64,000 nucleotides of DNA from an uncultured virus (IMG/VR IMGVR_UViG_3300046519_000252) (lineage: Duplodnaviria > Heunggongvirae > Uroviricota > Caudoviricetes). Below are positions 45,975 to 55,584 of this stretch, one piece after another. The translations under genes were made by a program, and so were the position numbers. The notes under the pieces were generated by a model. The model made no database searches. It was not told the DNA's origin and worked only from the letters and a program-made list of their open reading frames with translations. The DNA is taken from the IMG/VR virus record IMGVR_UViG_3300046519_000252. One strand, written 5' to 3'. The first letter of the stretch is position 1. Each line of letters opens with the position of its first letter.

Positions 45975-47819
45975 TCAGCTGGCCCGGTTGCGCAAGATCT
46001 CCACCTTGTCCCCGGTGAGCTGCCAGCCCTTCAGAGACTTCCCGGTGGCCTTGTTCTTGATCACTTTCTCCTCGAACCCGGCAACCTTGGCCTGCGCCAC
46101 GAACGCGGAAGCCGAGTGCACCCGGTCCTCGATCTTGTTCCCCATGAAAGCCCTCCAGGCGTCCGCCAGAGTGCGCGGATGAATGAAGATCGCATCACCC
46201 TGCATGTCCTCGGTGCGGTAGAACGCCGGAGCCGTCACGAACGACTTGCCAGAAATCTTGATCGGCTCGAACGCCGCCAGCCCATGCCCCGCCCAGTCTC
46301 CGTACTCGTGCAGGGCCCACGGCAGAACATCCGTGGTCAGAGCGTTGTCCCAGGAGTTCGCATACTTCAAGTCCTCCTGAACCCACGCCCACACACGCTC
46401 ATAGGTAGAACCCTTCTTGCCCCACGCCTTCGGATCCCCCAGAAGATGATCCACGAAGCACGCCCCCGCCAGAAGGACCGCGTACTTGTCCCCGAGGCGC
46501 CCCGGGCACGGCTTCGTCTCATCGATCAGAGCCTCCACGTCGTCCAGCCAGCGCAGGATCTCCGCCACGACCGTCCCCGCCATCGCGGCCATACCCTGGG
46601 CGCCCGGATACTTGCGCATCAAGGACGTCACGTCGGTCCACTGCGACAGATGCTCACGGCCGGGGATCTGGGACTTCCGGTTGGTGGGGTCCGTCAGCTC
46701 CAGCAGGATGATCCGGTCCGCCAACGCCTTCTGAGACTTCAGGCCCAAGTGCTCCCCGGTCAGCAGAATCGTTCCTGTCATGTGGGAGTGCTGCGACGCC
46801 TTGAACCCCGACTCGTGCGACCGCATCATCTTCGTGCCGTCCGACGTCGACAGCCGCAGCATCTCAAAAACCACCTTCGGTTCATCCAGGTCGTCTATGT
46901 GCACGAACCCGGACCGGGTGGAAGCGATCTTCTGCCGGACATCCGGCACCGTGCCCTGCGACGGACCCGAGGTATTGCCCGTGAGGATCTGCCGGAGCAT
47001 CGAGAGCGCCCCCGTCGTCTTACCTGACCCGGACGGCGCCTCCACGGCCATCACCGGGAAATGGGACGTGTGCTGAATGATCCCGGACTGGACCAGGGAC
47101 ATGACCATCCACGCCGCCACAACCGCGAGAGGCGTTTCGTCATGGAACGTCAGCACCTGGGACAGAACATCCTTGACCTCGGCCAGACCGTTCTTCGCCA
47201 TCCCGTAGGAGAACGGGGCATCCCCCGACGTCGACAGCTGAGCCGACGGACGGTACGGGGCCGCCAGGTCAAACTTCGTCTCTCCGGGCCTCAGAATGCC
47301 CTCGTGTGACACGAACACGTTCAAGTCAGGGTGGTACCCCAGCTGGTCCACGATCGTCGCCTCAGGCGGATTCTGGGCGTTGATGTACCGCAGCAGCCGG
47401 ACCCCCTGGGACACGCCACCACCCAGAGCACCGTCCGGGCACATCACCGACACACCCGCCGACGTCAGCCACAACGTCAGCTTGCGCGGATCCGCGAGCG
47501 TTTTCTCATCCAGAATCCGACGGAGTTCCTTCCCATCAGCCTGACGGACAATCACGACATCCCAGGCCCGGCGCTCCGTCGTATCATCCGCGATGATCCC
47601 AAGCGCCCTGATGTCAAAGTTTCCGTACGGCTCCTCGTCATAGATGTACTTACCCGACTCCGTAGGGTCCTTCGCACGCGTACGAACGTGGACCACGCCC
47701 TCCTGCGAGCAGAGCCAGCCCGTATCAAGATCAGCGTTAGTAACAAGGGTGGAGGCAACAGGCGTGTCGGTTGCCTGGGGGGTGCTAGGGGAGATAGTCT
47801 CAGACACAGAGAGATGCAC
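45975..47819 (-). CDS. P-loop NTPase resembling the helicase part of primase-helicases
   Basis: LGYH...FV; Walker A APSGSGKTT; Walker B VHIDD; TGE and ALADR. Confidence 0.7.
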   Translation of the reverse strand: MHLSVSETISPSTPQATDTPVASTLVTNADLDTGWLCSQEGVVHVRTRAKDPTESGKYIYDEEPYGNFDIRALGIIADDTTERRAWDVVIVRQADGKELRRILDEKTLADPRKLTLWLTSAGVSVMCPDGALGGGVSQGVRLLRYINAQNPPEATIVDQLGYHPDLNVFVSHEGILRPGETKFDLAAPYRPSAQLSTSGDAPFSYGMAKNGLAEVKDVLSQVLTFHDETPLAVVAAWMVMSLVQSGIIQHTSHFPVMAVEAPSGSGKTTGALSMLRQILTGNTSGPSQGTVPDVRQKIASTRSGFVHIDDLDEPKVVFEMLRLSTSDGTKMMRSHESGFKASQHSHMTGTILLTGEHLGLKSQKALADRIILLELTDPTNRKSQIPGREHLSQWTDVTSLMRKYPGAQGMAAMAGTVVAEILRWLDDVEALIDETKPCPGRLGDKYAVLLAGACFVDHLLGDPKAWGKKGSTYERVWAWVQEDLKYANSWDNALTTDVLPWALHEYGDWAGHGLAAFEPIKISGKSFVTAPAFYRTEDMQGDAIFIHPRTLADAWRAFMGNKIEDRVHSASAFVAQAKVAGFEEKVIKNKATGKSLKGWQLTGDKVEILRNRAS

Positions 47820-47904
47820 CTCTCGCTACACCCCCCGACCTGCGACCGGTCGGGGGGTTCTTACGTTTGTAGGGCAGACCCTAACACGTGGATCACGGCT
47901 GACG

Positions 47905-48173
47905 TGGTTACCCCCGAGGACGTAACCGACCGAGTAACTTGATCTTGGTCGTTCGCCTGTCTAACGATTTGAAGATCATCTTTTACCAAACCCATGGACG
48001 TTACGCAGCGGGTACCTTTAAGTTACTTGGCAAAAAGTAACCCAAATACGCCCTCTGACCTGCATGTTTAATGATCATTACCTGGTTACCTGTGATTTGC
48101 ATGCCCATACGTGCGCGCATGCGCCTGCGTACGCGCGATGTGTCGTGTCCATATTTTCAAAACGGGTAACCGG
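47905..48173. repeat. Ori-like non-coding element, copy 2
   Basis: Direct repeat of 8677-8945; upstream of the helicase-like gene. Confidence 0.75.
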
Positions 48174-48339
48174 GCTCCGAGGGCTCCGAGAGCCCTGCAC
48201 GTGGTCGGCTTCAAACTTGCTGCATCGAAGCCTGTGTGGTTCCTGCGGGGAAGCCTGCGACCAGAAACGTAGAATGGCCAGTACCAACGGAGTCGCAACC
48301 GTCGTACTGGCCATCTCTACGCCCTAGGAGGGCTCTCCC

Positions 48340-48818
48340 ATGCTACCGCCTGGCTACACCGTGCTCGAAGACGGCACGATCCTGGGTAAAAAGGGCATGC
48401 CCTTGAAACTCGGTACAGATCGCTACGGCTACAGCCAGTTCAGCGTTCGTGTAAACGGTAAGAGGAAGACCTTCACAGCCCATAAAGCAGTGTGCGAAGC
48501 CTTCCACGGTCCGAAGCCGTTCCCGGAAGCCCAGGTACGTCACATCAATGGTGTGAAATCGGACAATCGGGCATCAAATCTCCGATGGGGGACACCCTTG
48601 GAGAACACAGAAGACAAACGCCTGCACGGGGTGGCTCGGGGTGCTGCACACGAGGGCGCCGGAACCATAACGCCAAGTTGACAGAGCAGCAGGTCCGGGA
48701 CATCCGAGCCCGCTACTCCGCTGGCGGGGTTCTTCAACGAGAGCTAGCCAAGGAGTTCGGGGTCAGTGCGCGGACCATTTGCGTGATCCTTCAGAGGAAG
48801 ATGTGGGCACACATCTGA
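48340..48818 (+). pseudogene. HNH homing endonuclease split by a frameshift near 48640-48670
   Basis: HNH core (H..V..AFHG...VRH.NG...DNR..NL.W.T..EN) in one frame; RG.RNHNAKLT...HTH in the -1 frame. Confidence 0.7.
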
Positions 48819-48984
48819 AATAGCCCGTATTACCGGTCCCCCGGTTAGCGGCCATCCAATGGTGCTACCGGGGGCCTTCCCTTTTCTCCTCTTGCTTGAT
48901 TCGGTGGCCGATGCTAGGCAATACTAGGATCATTGGCTAGTATTAGGCGCAGTCACGATTTCAGGACAGAGCGAGGTAAAGAGG

Positions 48985-50613
48985 ATGGCGGAACGCGAAT
49001 TACTGTTATCCCCTCAGGATGACGGTGATGCCGTCGAGCTGTCTTCCCGGGTGTACCGCAAGCGGATTCTTCCGCTGGCTACCATCAACTACCGTGGTCG
49101 AAAGATCTCGTTTGACGCGCAGTACCTCACCGACCTGGCGCAGTCCTTCAACTCAGGGGCCTACGATCAGGTCGCCTTCATGCTGGCCGACACGAACAAC
49201 GCCCACACGCTGGACCCTGAGAGGTTCCGTGGCGAGGTGCAGGGTGTGGAGGTCGGGGACGACGGTCTGTACGCCACGATCCAGGTCACCCCTGAAGCCG
49301 CCAAGGTGCTGGAGCAGAACCCGAAATTAGGTGTCTCTGCGCGCATCCTCGAAAACTACGAGCGCTCGGACGGGAAGCAATTCCCCCGGGCGCTTCAACA
49401 TGTCCTTGGCACTTTGGACCCGGTTATCCCCGGGCTAGGTAGCTGGGAAGAGGTTGCCCTGTCCAACGGAATCGACCCGGGCAACGTGATTGACCTGTCC
49501 GAACATTCCTATGAGGAGTTGGAGCCCGTGGCAACCCGCCAGGAACATTTACAGCAGGTGGCTGCGGCTACCGACATGACCGTGGAAGACCTCGAAGCGC
49601 TCGGGATGACGGATGACGAGTTGGCGATTTTCGCCTCCGCGTTCGTCGAGGATGCGCCCGCAGCCGAGATCGCAGCCGATACCGGCGACGACGAGCTGAT
49701 CGAAGAGCCCGGCGAGCAGGCCGGTCTTCTTGACGTGTCTGACGACACCGACGAACTTCCTTCCGAGGCGGAGATCGAGGCGGCCGTCGAGGCGCTCTCC
49801 GACGAGGAGCTGACCGCTCTGGCCGCCGAACTCGGCATCCCTGCCGACGAGGAGCTGGAGACGGGCGAGGAGGAGGCCACGGCGGAGGCCACGGCGGAGG
49901 CCGAGGCTGAGACCGAGGCCATTGCCGAGGAGACCGTCGAGACTCCTGCCGAACCGACGGACGCCGAACTGGCGGAGCGTCTGGGTACCGGTGAGTTCGG
50001 CAGCGGGCTGGAAGACCCGATCGCCGCCGATCCGGACCTGAGCGATCTGTCTGACGAAGACCTGGCGAAGATGACCGAGATGTGGGAGACCGCCCACAAT
50101 CTCGATGAGGCTGCCGCGACCGAGGAAGCTGCCGCCGTTGCTGCGGAGGCTGCCGAATCTTCGGCGACTGCCGAGGAGACTGCCGGGACTGTGGCGGAAG
50201 CCACGGAGGTTCCGCAGCTTGTCGGTGCGGGCTCGGTCTCCCTGTCCAACGAGGCGGGTCCGGAGGTTGTGGCCCTGTCCAACCAGGTGGCGACGCTTCA
50301 GCAGCAGTTGGCGATCCAGGGGTTCGACGCCCTCAAGCGGGAGTACGTCCGCCAGGGCGTTCCTTCAGCTCTGGTCGACCTGGCCCGTCCGATTCTCGTC
50401 GCCGGGCAGGCTCTGGAGTTCTCCAACAGCACTGGTGACCGCGTCGATCCTGCGGCCATCGTGAAGCAGCTTCTAGATTCCGCCACCGGCTATATCGATC
50501 TGGCTCGTGAACGCGGCCACAGCTACTCGCCGGAGGCCGAGGACAAGGCGGCGATGCAGGCCGAGGACGACAAGCGTCTTGCCTCCCTGTGGGGCGAGCA
50601 GTACGGCAACTGA
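48985..50613 (+). CDS. Capsid maturation protease fused to an acidic scaffold
   Basis: GLYA...VSA...L.HV..T..P protease core followed by a long E/D/A-rich region. Confidence 0.8.
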   Translation: MAERELLLSPQDDGDAVELSSRVYRKRILPLATINYRGRKISFDAQYLTDLAQSFNSGAYDQVAFMLADTNNAHTLDPERFRGEVQGVEVGDDGLYATIQVTPEAAKVLEQNPKLGVSARILENYERSDGKQFPRALQHVLGTLDPVIPGLGSWEEVALSNGIDPGNVIDLSEHSYEELEPVATRQEHLQQVAAATDMTVEDLEALGMTDDELAIFASAFVEDAPAAEIAADTGDDELIEEPGEQAGLLDVSDDTDELPSEAEIEAAVEALSDEELTALAAELGIPADEELETGEEEATAEATAEAEAETEAIAEETVETPAEPTDAELAERLGTGEFGSGLEDPIAADPDLSDLSDEDLAKMTEMWETAHNLDEAAATEEAAAVAAEAAESSATAEETAGTVAEATEVPQLVGAGSVSLSNEAGPEVVALSNQVATLQQQLAIQGFDALKREYVRQGVPSALVDLARPILVAGQALEFSNSTGDRVDPAAIVKQLLDSATGYIDLARERGHSYSPEAEDKAAMQAEDDKRLASLWGEQYGN

Positions 50614-50651
50614 CCGGGGCTCCCGGCAGCAACTCTCAAAGGAGATAGATC

Positions 50652-51113
50652 ATGGGTTTGAGCCCCGTCTTCAAGCACGGTTCACCGCAGACTTTCCAGG
50701 TCATCAGCTCCGGCACCGTTCGTGCGGGCCGTCTGGTGGAGTACGTCACGGAGTCCAGCACCACCAAGGTCCAGGAAGCCGCCGTGACCAGCCTCAAGGT
50801 GGCCGGTGTCGCGATCGATGACGCCATCGGTACGTCGACTCCGGGTGCGGACATCACGTACGGCACGGGCGTCACCCGTCGCGCCTACGACACGTCCACG
50901 ATGGTCGACACCATCGGCGTTTCCACGTGCGGCGTCTGGAACCTGGTCGCGGGTGCTGCCGTCGCCGCGTTCGATGTTCTCAAGGCTGGCGCTGCGGGGA
51001 CCGTCGTGACCTGGGTGTCCGGTACCGACTCACCGGCGGCCATCATCGGGATTGCGCAGGCCGCGATCTCCAACGGAGCCACCGGCCCCGTTTCGCTTCG
51101 TCTCGGCGTCTGA
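50652..51113 (+). CDS. Capsid decoration/cement protein
   Basis: Position before the MCP; VAGVA..DA...IIGIA..A pattern. Confidence 0.7.
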   Translation: MGLSPVFKHGSPQTFQVISSGTVRAGRLVEYVTESSTTKVQEAAVTSLKVAGVAIDDAIGTSTPGADITYGTGVTRRAYDTSTMVDTIGVSTCGVWNLVAGAAVAAFDVLKAGAAGTVVTWVSGTDSPAAIIGIAQAAISNGATGPVSLRLGV

Positions 51114-51153
51114 TCCGTCCGAGCTGAACAGATCTAGAAAGGACGACTGAGAC

Positions 51154-52074
51154 ATGCCTCAGACCACTGTCGGTACCGTTTCTTCGAACGATGGCTTCCG
51201 CCTCACAGTCAACACGCTGCTCAAGCGGCCGACTGTCATCCGGGAGCGCATTCTCCGGCTGGCTGACCAGCAGTTCATCACGGACACCGTCTTACGCAAG
51301 GTGCAGGACGTGCCGTCTGGCGTTGTTCTGTACAACGAGTCGACTCCGCTGTACGCCAACGGCGGCCCGTCGGTCGTCGCGGAAGGCGGCGAGATCCCGC
51401 TGATCACGGCGAACCTCGGCATCGGCAAGGCGGCCCGCACCATCAAGCGCGCCTTCGGTATCGAGTTCACCGAGGAGATGCGCCGTCGCAACGACATGGA
51501 CCGCGTCAACACCTCGATCGCGCAGGTCGTCAACTCCATGAAGGCGGCGTGGGAGGACGCGTTCCTCTCTTCGGCCATCGCGGGTCTCGCGTCGACTGCT
51601 TCCGGTACCGCGTGGGCGACTGCCACGGACGTCCGGTCCACGCTCGCGAACGCGATGCTGGCGATCCAGCTCGCTGACGCGGAGTCCACGGACCAGACGG
51701 GCGTGCAGAAGTTCGGGTTCGAGCCCGACACTTTGATCCTGCATCACGCCCGTGCGATGGACCTGGCGCTCAACAGCGACATGAACAAGTACTTCGTCGG
51801 CTCCGGCTCCCCGAACTCCGCGTACGCGGACAAGCTGACCCTTCCGGGTCTGCTCTTCGGCCAGTTCAAGGTCGTCAAGTCGTGGCGTGTCCCCACCAAC
51901 TCCGCGATCCTCCTGGAGGCCGGGACCATCGGTGGTATCGCCGACGAGCGTGCGTTGGACGTGACGCCGCTGGAGCACAACAGCACCAACGAAACCTGGC
52001 GCTGCAATGTGGTGAGGCAGAGCGCGATCTTCCTGGACCAGCCGAAGGCCGGTCGCGTCATCACCGGCATCTGA
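51154..52074 (+). CDS. Major capsid protein
   Basis: VAEGGEIP, EEMRRRN and P.A...I.GI ending; strong RBS. Confidence 0.85.
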   Translation: MPQTTVGTVSSNDGFRLTVNTLLKRPTVIRERILRLADQQFITDTVLRKVQDVPSGVVLYNESTPLYANGGPSVVAEGGEIPLITANLGIGKAARTIKRAFGIEFTEEMRRRNDMDRVNTSIAQVVNSMKAAWEDAFLSSAIAGLASTASGTAWATATDVRSTLANAMLAIQLADAESTDQTGVQKFGFEPDTLILHHARAMDLALNSDMNKYFVGSGSPNSAYADKLTLPGLLFGQFKVVKSWRVPTNSAILLEAGTIGGIADERALDVTPLEHNSTNETWRCNVVRQSAIFLDQPKAGRVITGI

Positions 52075-52125
52075 TCAAGCAGTTACCCGGCACGGCGACT
52101 ACACATCGAAGGAGTTACACCAGTC

Positions 52126-52422
52126 ATGGCTGAAGAGAACGTTCTGTTCCGCGTCACCCGGCCGAACACGTCGATCTTCCACCCGGACCGGGCGGTCAGC
52201 CTGCTCCCGGTGCAGACCGGCGGCGAGATCGAGCTTCCTCTCACGACCGCGAAGTACCACGTCCGTAACGGTGTCGGCGTGATCGTGGAGCCCGGCACCG
52301 ACGTGGAGCCGGAGCCCGAGGCCCCCGAGGCACCGAAGGAGCCCGAGGAGCCCAAGGCCCCCGAGGAGCCCAAGGCCCCAGTCAAGCGCGCCCCGGGCCG
52401 TCCGGCCAAGTCTGCCGAGTAA
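52126..52422 (+). CDS. Small P/E/K-rich protein after the MCP
   Basis: AAGGAG RBS; typical position. Confidence 0.65.
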   Translation: MAEENVLFRVTRPNTSIFHPDRAVSLLPVQTGGEIELPLTTAKYHVRNGVGVIVEPGTDVEPEPEAPEAPKEPEEPKAPEEPKAPVKRAPGRPAKSAE

Positions 52423-52446
52423 CACCAGCACGAAAGGAGGGCCGTC

Positions 52447-52902
52447 ATGTCGTACGCCACGTTGACCAGCGTCAGGACGGCCCTCGCCGCTGGCGGCGTA
52501 ATCGACCCGACCAACGCCGGATCTCTGGCCGATGCGGATCTCCAGGACGCAATCGATGAGGCGGACGCCCTGATCGACGGCTACCTCACCGCCCGGTACG
52601 CACTGCCGATTGCCGGGGATGTCCCGCCCATCGTCAAAATGGTGTCGCGGGATCTCGCTGCGTCGTACGCGACGATCACCTACCTGGGAAGCATTCCTCT
52701 GCTGCCTACGCATCCTGTGCAGATCAAAGCGGCGTCCGCCATGGCGACGCTGGAGAAGATCCGTACCGGGGACGTCATGCTGTCCCTGCCTGGTGCCGGG
52801 TCTCAGCAGCGCACGGATAACCCGGCGGTGGAGAACCTCTACGAGGGCAACATGTTCACCCTGGAGCAGTTCGACCTCACCCGGGACTGGCGGAACTGCT
52901 GA
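52447..52902 (+). CDS. Head-tail adaptor (Mu gp36/DUF1320-like)
   Basis: MSYAT...AI.EADALIDGYL..RY.LP...L..I..G. Confidence 0.8.
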   Translation: MSYATLTSVRTALAAGGVIDPTNAGSLADADLQDAIDEADALIDGYLTARYALPIAGDVPPIVKMVSRDLAASYATITYLGSIPLLPTHPVQIKAASAMATLEKIRTGDVMLSLPGAGSQQRTDNPAVENLYEGNMFTLEQFDLTRDWRNC

Positions 52903-53348
52903 TGGCCTCGTTCTCAGAGCACGCCGACGAACTGATCCAGGCGACCGAGCATGATCTTGTGGGGTCGCTGACGGTGGACCAGGTGTACGCGCACTACCAA
53001 GAGGTGGGAGATACGTTCAACCACCCTCAGGGCGGTATTGCACGGGCCCTCGCCACGGCTCTCCTCACCAAGTACCCCGAGATCGTCCGCAACCTGGCAG
53101 ACGCCGTCCTGGACGGCCGGGAAGCCATGCAGCAAGCCATGATCGACGGTACGGAAACGTTGAACCTGGAGTACTACGAGCTGGCCCCCCGCGAGTTCCA
53201 CGACCTGCGGGCGTCCGGTTCTCCCGAGGTCATGGAGGGCGAGGAGCAGGTCTACCACCGGCCTCCGAACGTCCACCGGCTGTCCGAGGAAGAGCTACAG
53301 GCCAAGGCGGAACTCCGGGCACTGGGGATCTTCGATGCTGACTTCTGA
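52902..53348 (+). CDS. Neck/tail-completion protein
   Basis: VDQVYAHYQE...HP.GG; synteny. Confidence 0.6.
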   Translation: MASFSEHADELIQATEHDLVGSLTVDQVYAHYQEVGDTFNHPQGGIARALATALLTKYPEIVRNLADAVLDGREAMQQAMIDGTETLNLEYYELAPREFHDLRASGSPEVMEGEEQVYHRPPNVHRLSEEELQAKAELRALGIFDADF

Positions 53349-53778
53349 CTTCATCACCTGGCTGGCGGCCCAGGACATCGGTGTACCTATGCCCGTGATC
53401 TATCAGGGACCGAACGGGCCCGGTGCAGAGCCCCGGGAGCATCTCGTGGTCACCCCGGTCCCCGGCGGCGGCATGCAAGTGGACGGCCACATCGAGCAGC
53501 GGGTTTTCCAGATCAAAACTGTGGGCCCCATGGGACTGAATTCCCGTAACTGGAACGACGTCTTTTCTCAGACGGAACTCCTTGCCCGGCGCCTGGACAA
53601 AGTCATCATGAACACGTGGCGGCCGGTAATCGGCGGGGAACAGGTCGTCTACATTTCCCGTTTTGGTACACGGGTCCGGCAAGGAGGGCCGTCCGGCCAG
53701 CCTCTGGACAACGCCAACCGGCCAGCTTTCCAGACCATGTACGTGGTCGAGGCCGAGTCCGACATCTACGACGACTGA
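53335..53778 (+). CDS. Putative tail terminator
   Basis: Synteny; V.P..GGG...E...FQI. Confidence 0.6.
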   Translation: MLTSDFITWLAAQDIGVPMPVIYQGPNGPGAEPREHLVVTPVPGGGMQVDGHIEQRVFQIKTVGPMGLNSRNWNDVFSQTELLARRLDKVIMNTWRPVIGGEQVVYISRFGTRVRQGGPSGQPLDNANRPAFQTMYVVEAESDIYDD

Positions 53779-53788
53779 GGTAATCACC

Positions 53789-54040
53789 ATGGCAGAGGAC
53801 AAGACCACGGAAAAGGCGGCTCCGAAGGCGCCTGCGGCACGAGTCCAGGAAGTTGCGCCCGAACCGGCGCCGGAGCCTCTGGTGTTCCTGTACCTGGAAC
53901 ACCCTCACACCTGTTTCGAACTGTCCGGGATGGGGCTTTCTGATCTCGTTCCGGAGGGGACCGCCTATTCCCCGAAGGACGCTGACATGGTCCGGATGAT
54001 GTGCCTGAAGTACAGGATCCGTTACCACGAAGGGCAGTAA
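53789..54040 (+). CDS. Hypothetical protein
   Basis: GAGG RBS. Confidence 0.55.
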   Translation: MAEDKTTEKAAPKAPAARVQEVAPEPAPEPLVFLYLEHPHTCFELSGMGLSDLVPEGTAYSPKDADMVRMMCLKYRIRYHEGQ

Positions 54041-54184
54041 ATAGCCTGCCGTCGACAACCGTGATCCGGGTCTTTATACTTGCCACTGGCAGGCTTTTAA
54101 GGTCCGGGCGTAAGGCCGAATTGCCGTAATCACGGGCCAAGAAAACGCCCCTCCCTGACGAAACGGGGAGGGCTATCGAAGGAA

Positions 54185-54778
54185 GTGATTACTATCCCGG
54201 GCGCAATCAATCCCAAGAACGTTGTCGTCGGTGTCGCATCGGCCTGGATTCAGCCGTACGACCCGAACGTCCCTGCCCTCCTGCCTGCGGTCACCATCGC
54301 CAAGGGCGCCGACTGGGGCGGCAACTGGCAGAACCTCGGTGCCACTGACCAGGGCTGGAAGCTCACGGTGGGTACGTCCACCAAGTCGATCACCATCGAA
54401 GAGCAGTCCACTCCCGCTCTGGTCCTGGCCGACAACCACAGCTACCAGGTCTCGGGCGACATGGCCGAGGACACGCTCCAGCACGCTTTATGGGCGTACG
54501 GCGGCGGCACTCTGGTCACTACGGCGGCGGCCACCGGCATTCCCGGCTACCAGACCCTGAGCCTCCAGGACAGCCTGAACTACTGGGCGATCGGCCTGGA
54601 GACCGTCAACGTGCAGGGCTACTGGCGCCGGTACCTGCTTCCGCAGGGTGTCGTCGGCACCAACGTGGACACCTCGTTCCGCCGGTCCAACGAGAAGCGC
54701 ATGTACTCCTTCCAGTTCGAAGGCACCTGCGCCCCGACCGACGTGCGTATCCAGGAGATGATCGCCGCCGCACTCTAA
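54185..54778 (+). CDS. Major tail (tube) protein
   Basis: W..LGAT..G...I.EQ pattern; synteny. Confidence 0.8.
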   Translation: MITIPGAINPKNVVVGVASAWIQPYDPNVPALLPAVTIAKGADWGGNWQNLGATDQGWKLTVGTSTKSITIEEQSTPALVLADNHSYQVSGDMAEDTLQHALWAYGGGTLVTTAAATGIPGYQTLSLQDSLNYWAIGLETVNVQGYWRRYLLPQGVVGTNVDTSFRRSNEKRMYSFQFEGTCAPTDVRIQEMIAAAL

Positions 54779-54833
54779 GCGGCGCGTCCCCTTCCAAGTT
54801 CTACTCACCCGGCACAGCGAGAAAGGTTTCACC

Positions 54834-55220
54834 ATGGCATTCGTTGCTCACGAGGCGATCGAGCCCCTGGACTACGATTTCACCCACTTCATGGACGGTC
54901 CCGAGGCAAAGGGGACTGTCCCGGAGCCGAGCCAGCAGGCCATGGCGGGGTACCGCAAGGCCGTTCTCGGGGTCATCCGCGAGTACAAGGACGTTCAGGA
55001 CGTCGAGCCGGACAAGTTAGACAACGACGAGCTTGACCGGATCACCGAGCGCGCTGAGGAGCTGGAGAAGCGCATGGACGAGCTGACGGCCCGTCTCTGC
55101 AAGAACACTCCCTCGGTGGAGACGCTCGGGAAGCTGCCGTGGCGCCACAAGGTGATGTTCTCGAAGTGGCTCCAGGAGCAGTTCAACCCGGGAAAATTGA
55201 CGGGCGTTACGAAGGACTGA
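54834..55220 (+). CDS. Tail assembly chaperone (G)
   Basis: Lies between tube and TMP genes; slippery site near its 3' end. Confidence 0.8.
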   Translation: MAFVAHEAIEPLDYDFTHFMDGPEAKGTVPEPSQQAMAGYRKAVLGVIREYKDVQDVEPDKLDNDELDRITERAEELEKRMDELTARLCKNTPSVETLGKLPWRHKVMFSKWLQEQFNPGKLTGVTKD

Positions 55221-55429
55221 CCGGGGGAGAGGACCAGCGGCGGTTGTATTACACGCTGCTGAAAATCTTCCACATCACCCGGCAGCAATGGGATGAAATG
55301 CCCTGGCACGATCAGCGCATGTACGTTGAACAGCTGAACAAGGATCCCGAGTACAACGAGGACGGGGAATCCGGCGGGTCGGAGGCGCAAGAACTGACTA
55401 GCTGGGATGACCTTCCTCCGGGGGCCTAA
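54834..55429 (+). CDS. Tail assembly chaperone GT via -1 frameshift at G GGA AAA (55190-55196)
   Basis: X XXY YYZ heptamer in the correct frame; the -1 frame is open to 55429. Confidence 0.8.
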
Positions 55430-55584
55430 AAGACTCGCCGTGCCGGGTGGAGATCGTAGGGTCGGGGCTGTAAAAGGCTCCGACCCTACGAGCGTTTTAG
55501 ACTCTGGCTAATCGCCCCTTTTAGCAGGTAATCTTGGAATCTGCAACGCAATGCGGGTCAAGGGGATGATGAGAGGGAGCGCCA

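Noticed and set aside
52305..52380. GAGCCCAAGGCCCCC-type repeats
   Set aside because: Explained by a P/E/K low-complexity linker and confined to the ORF.
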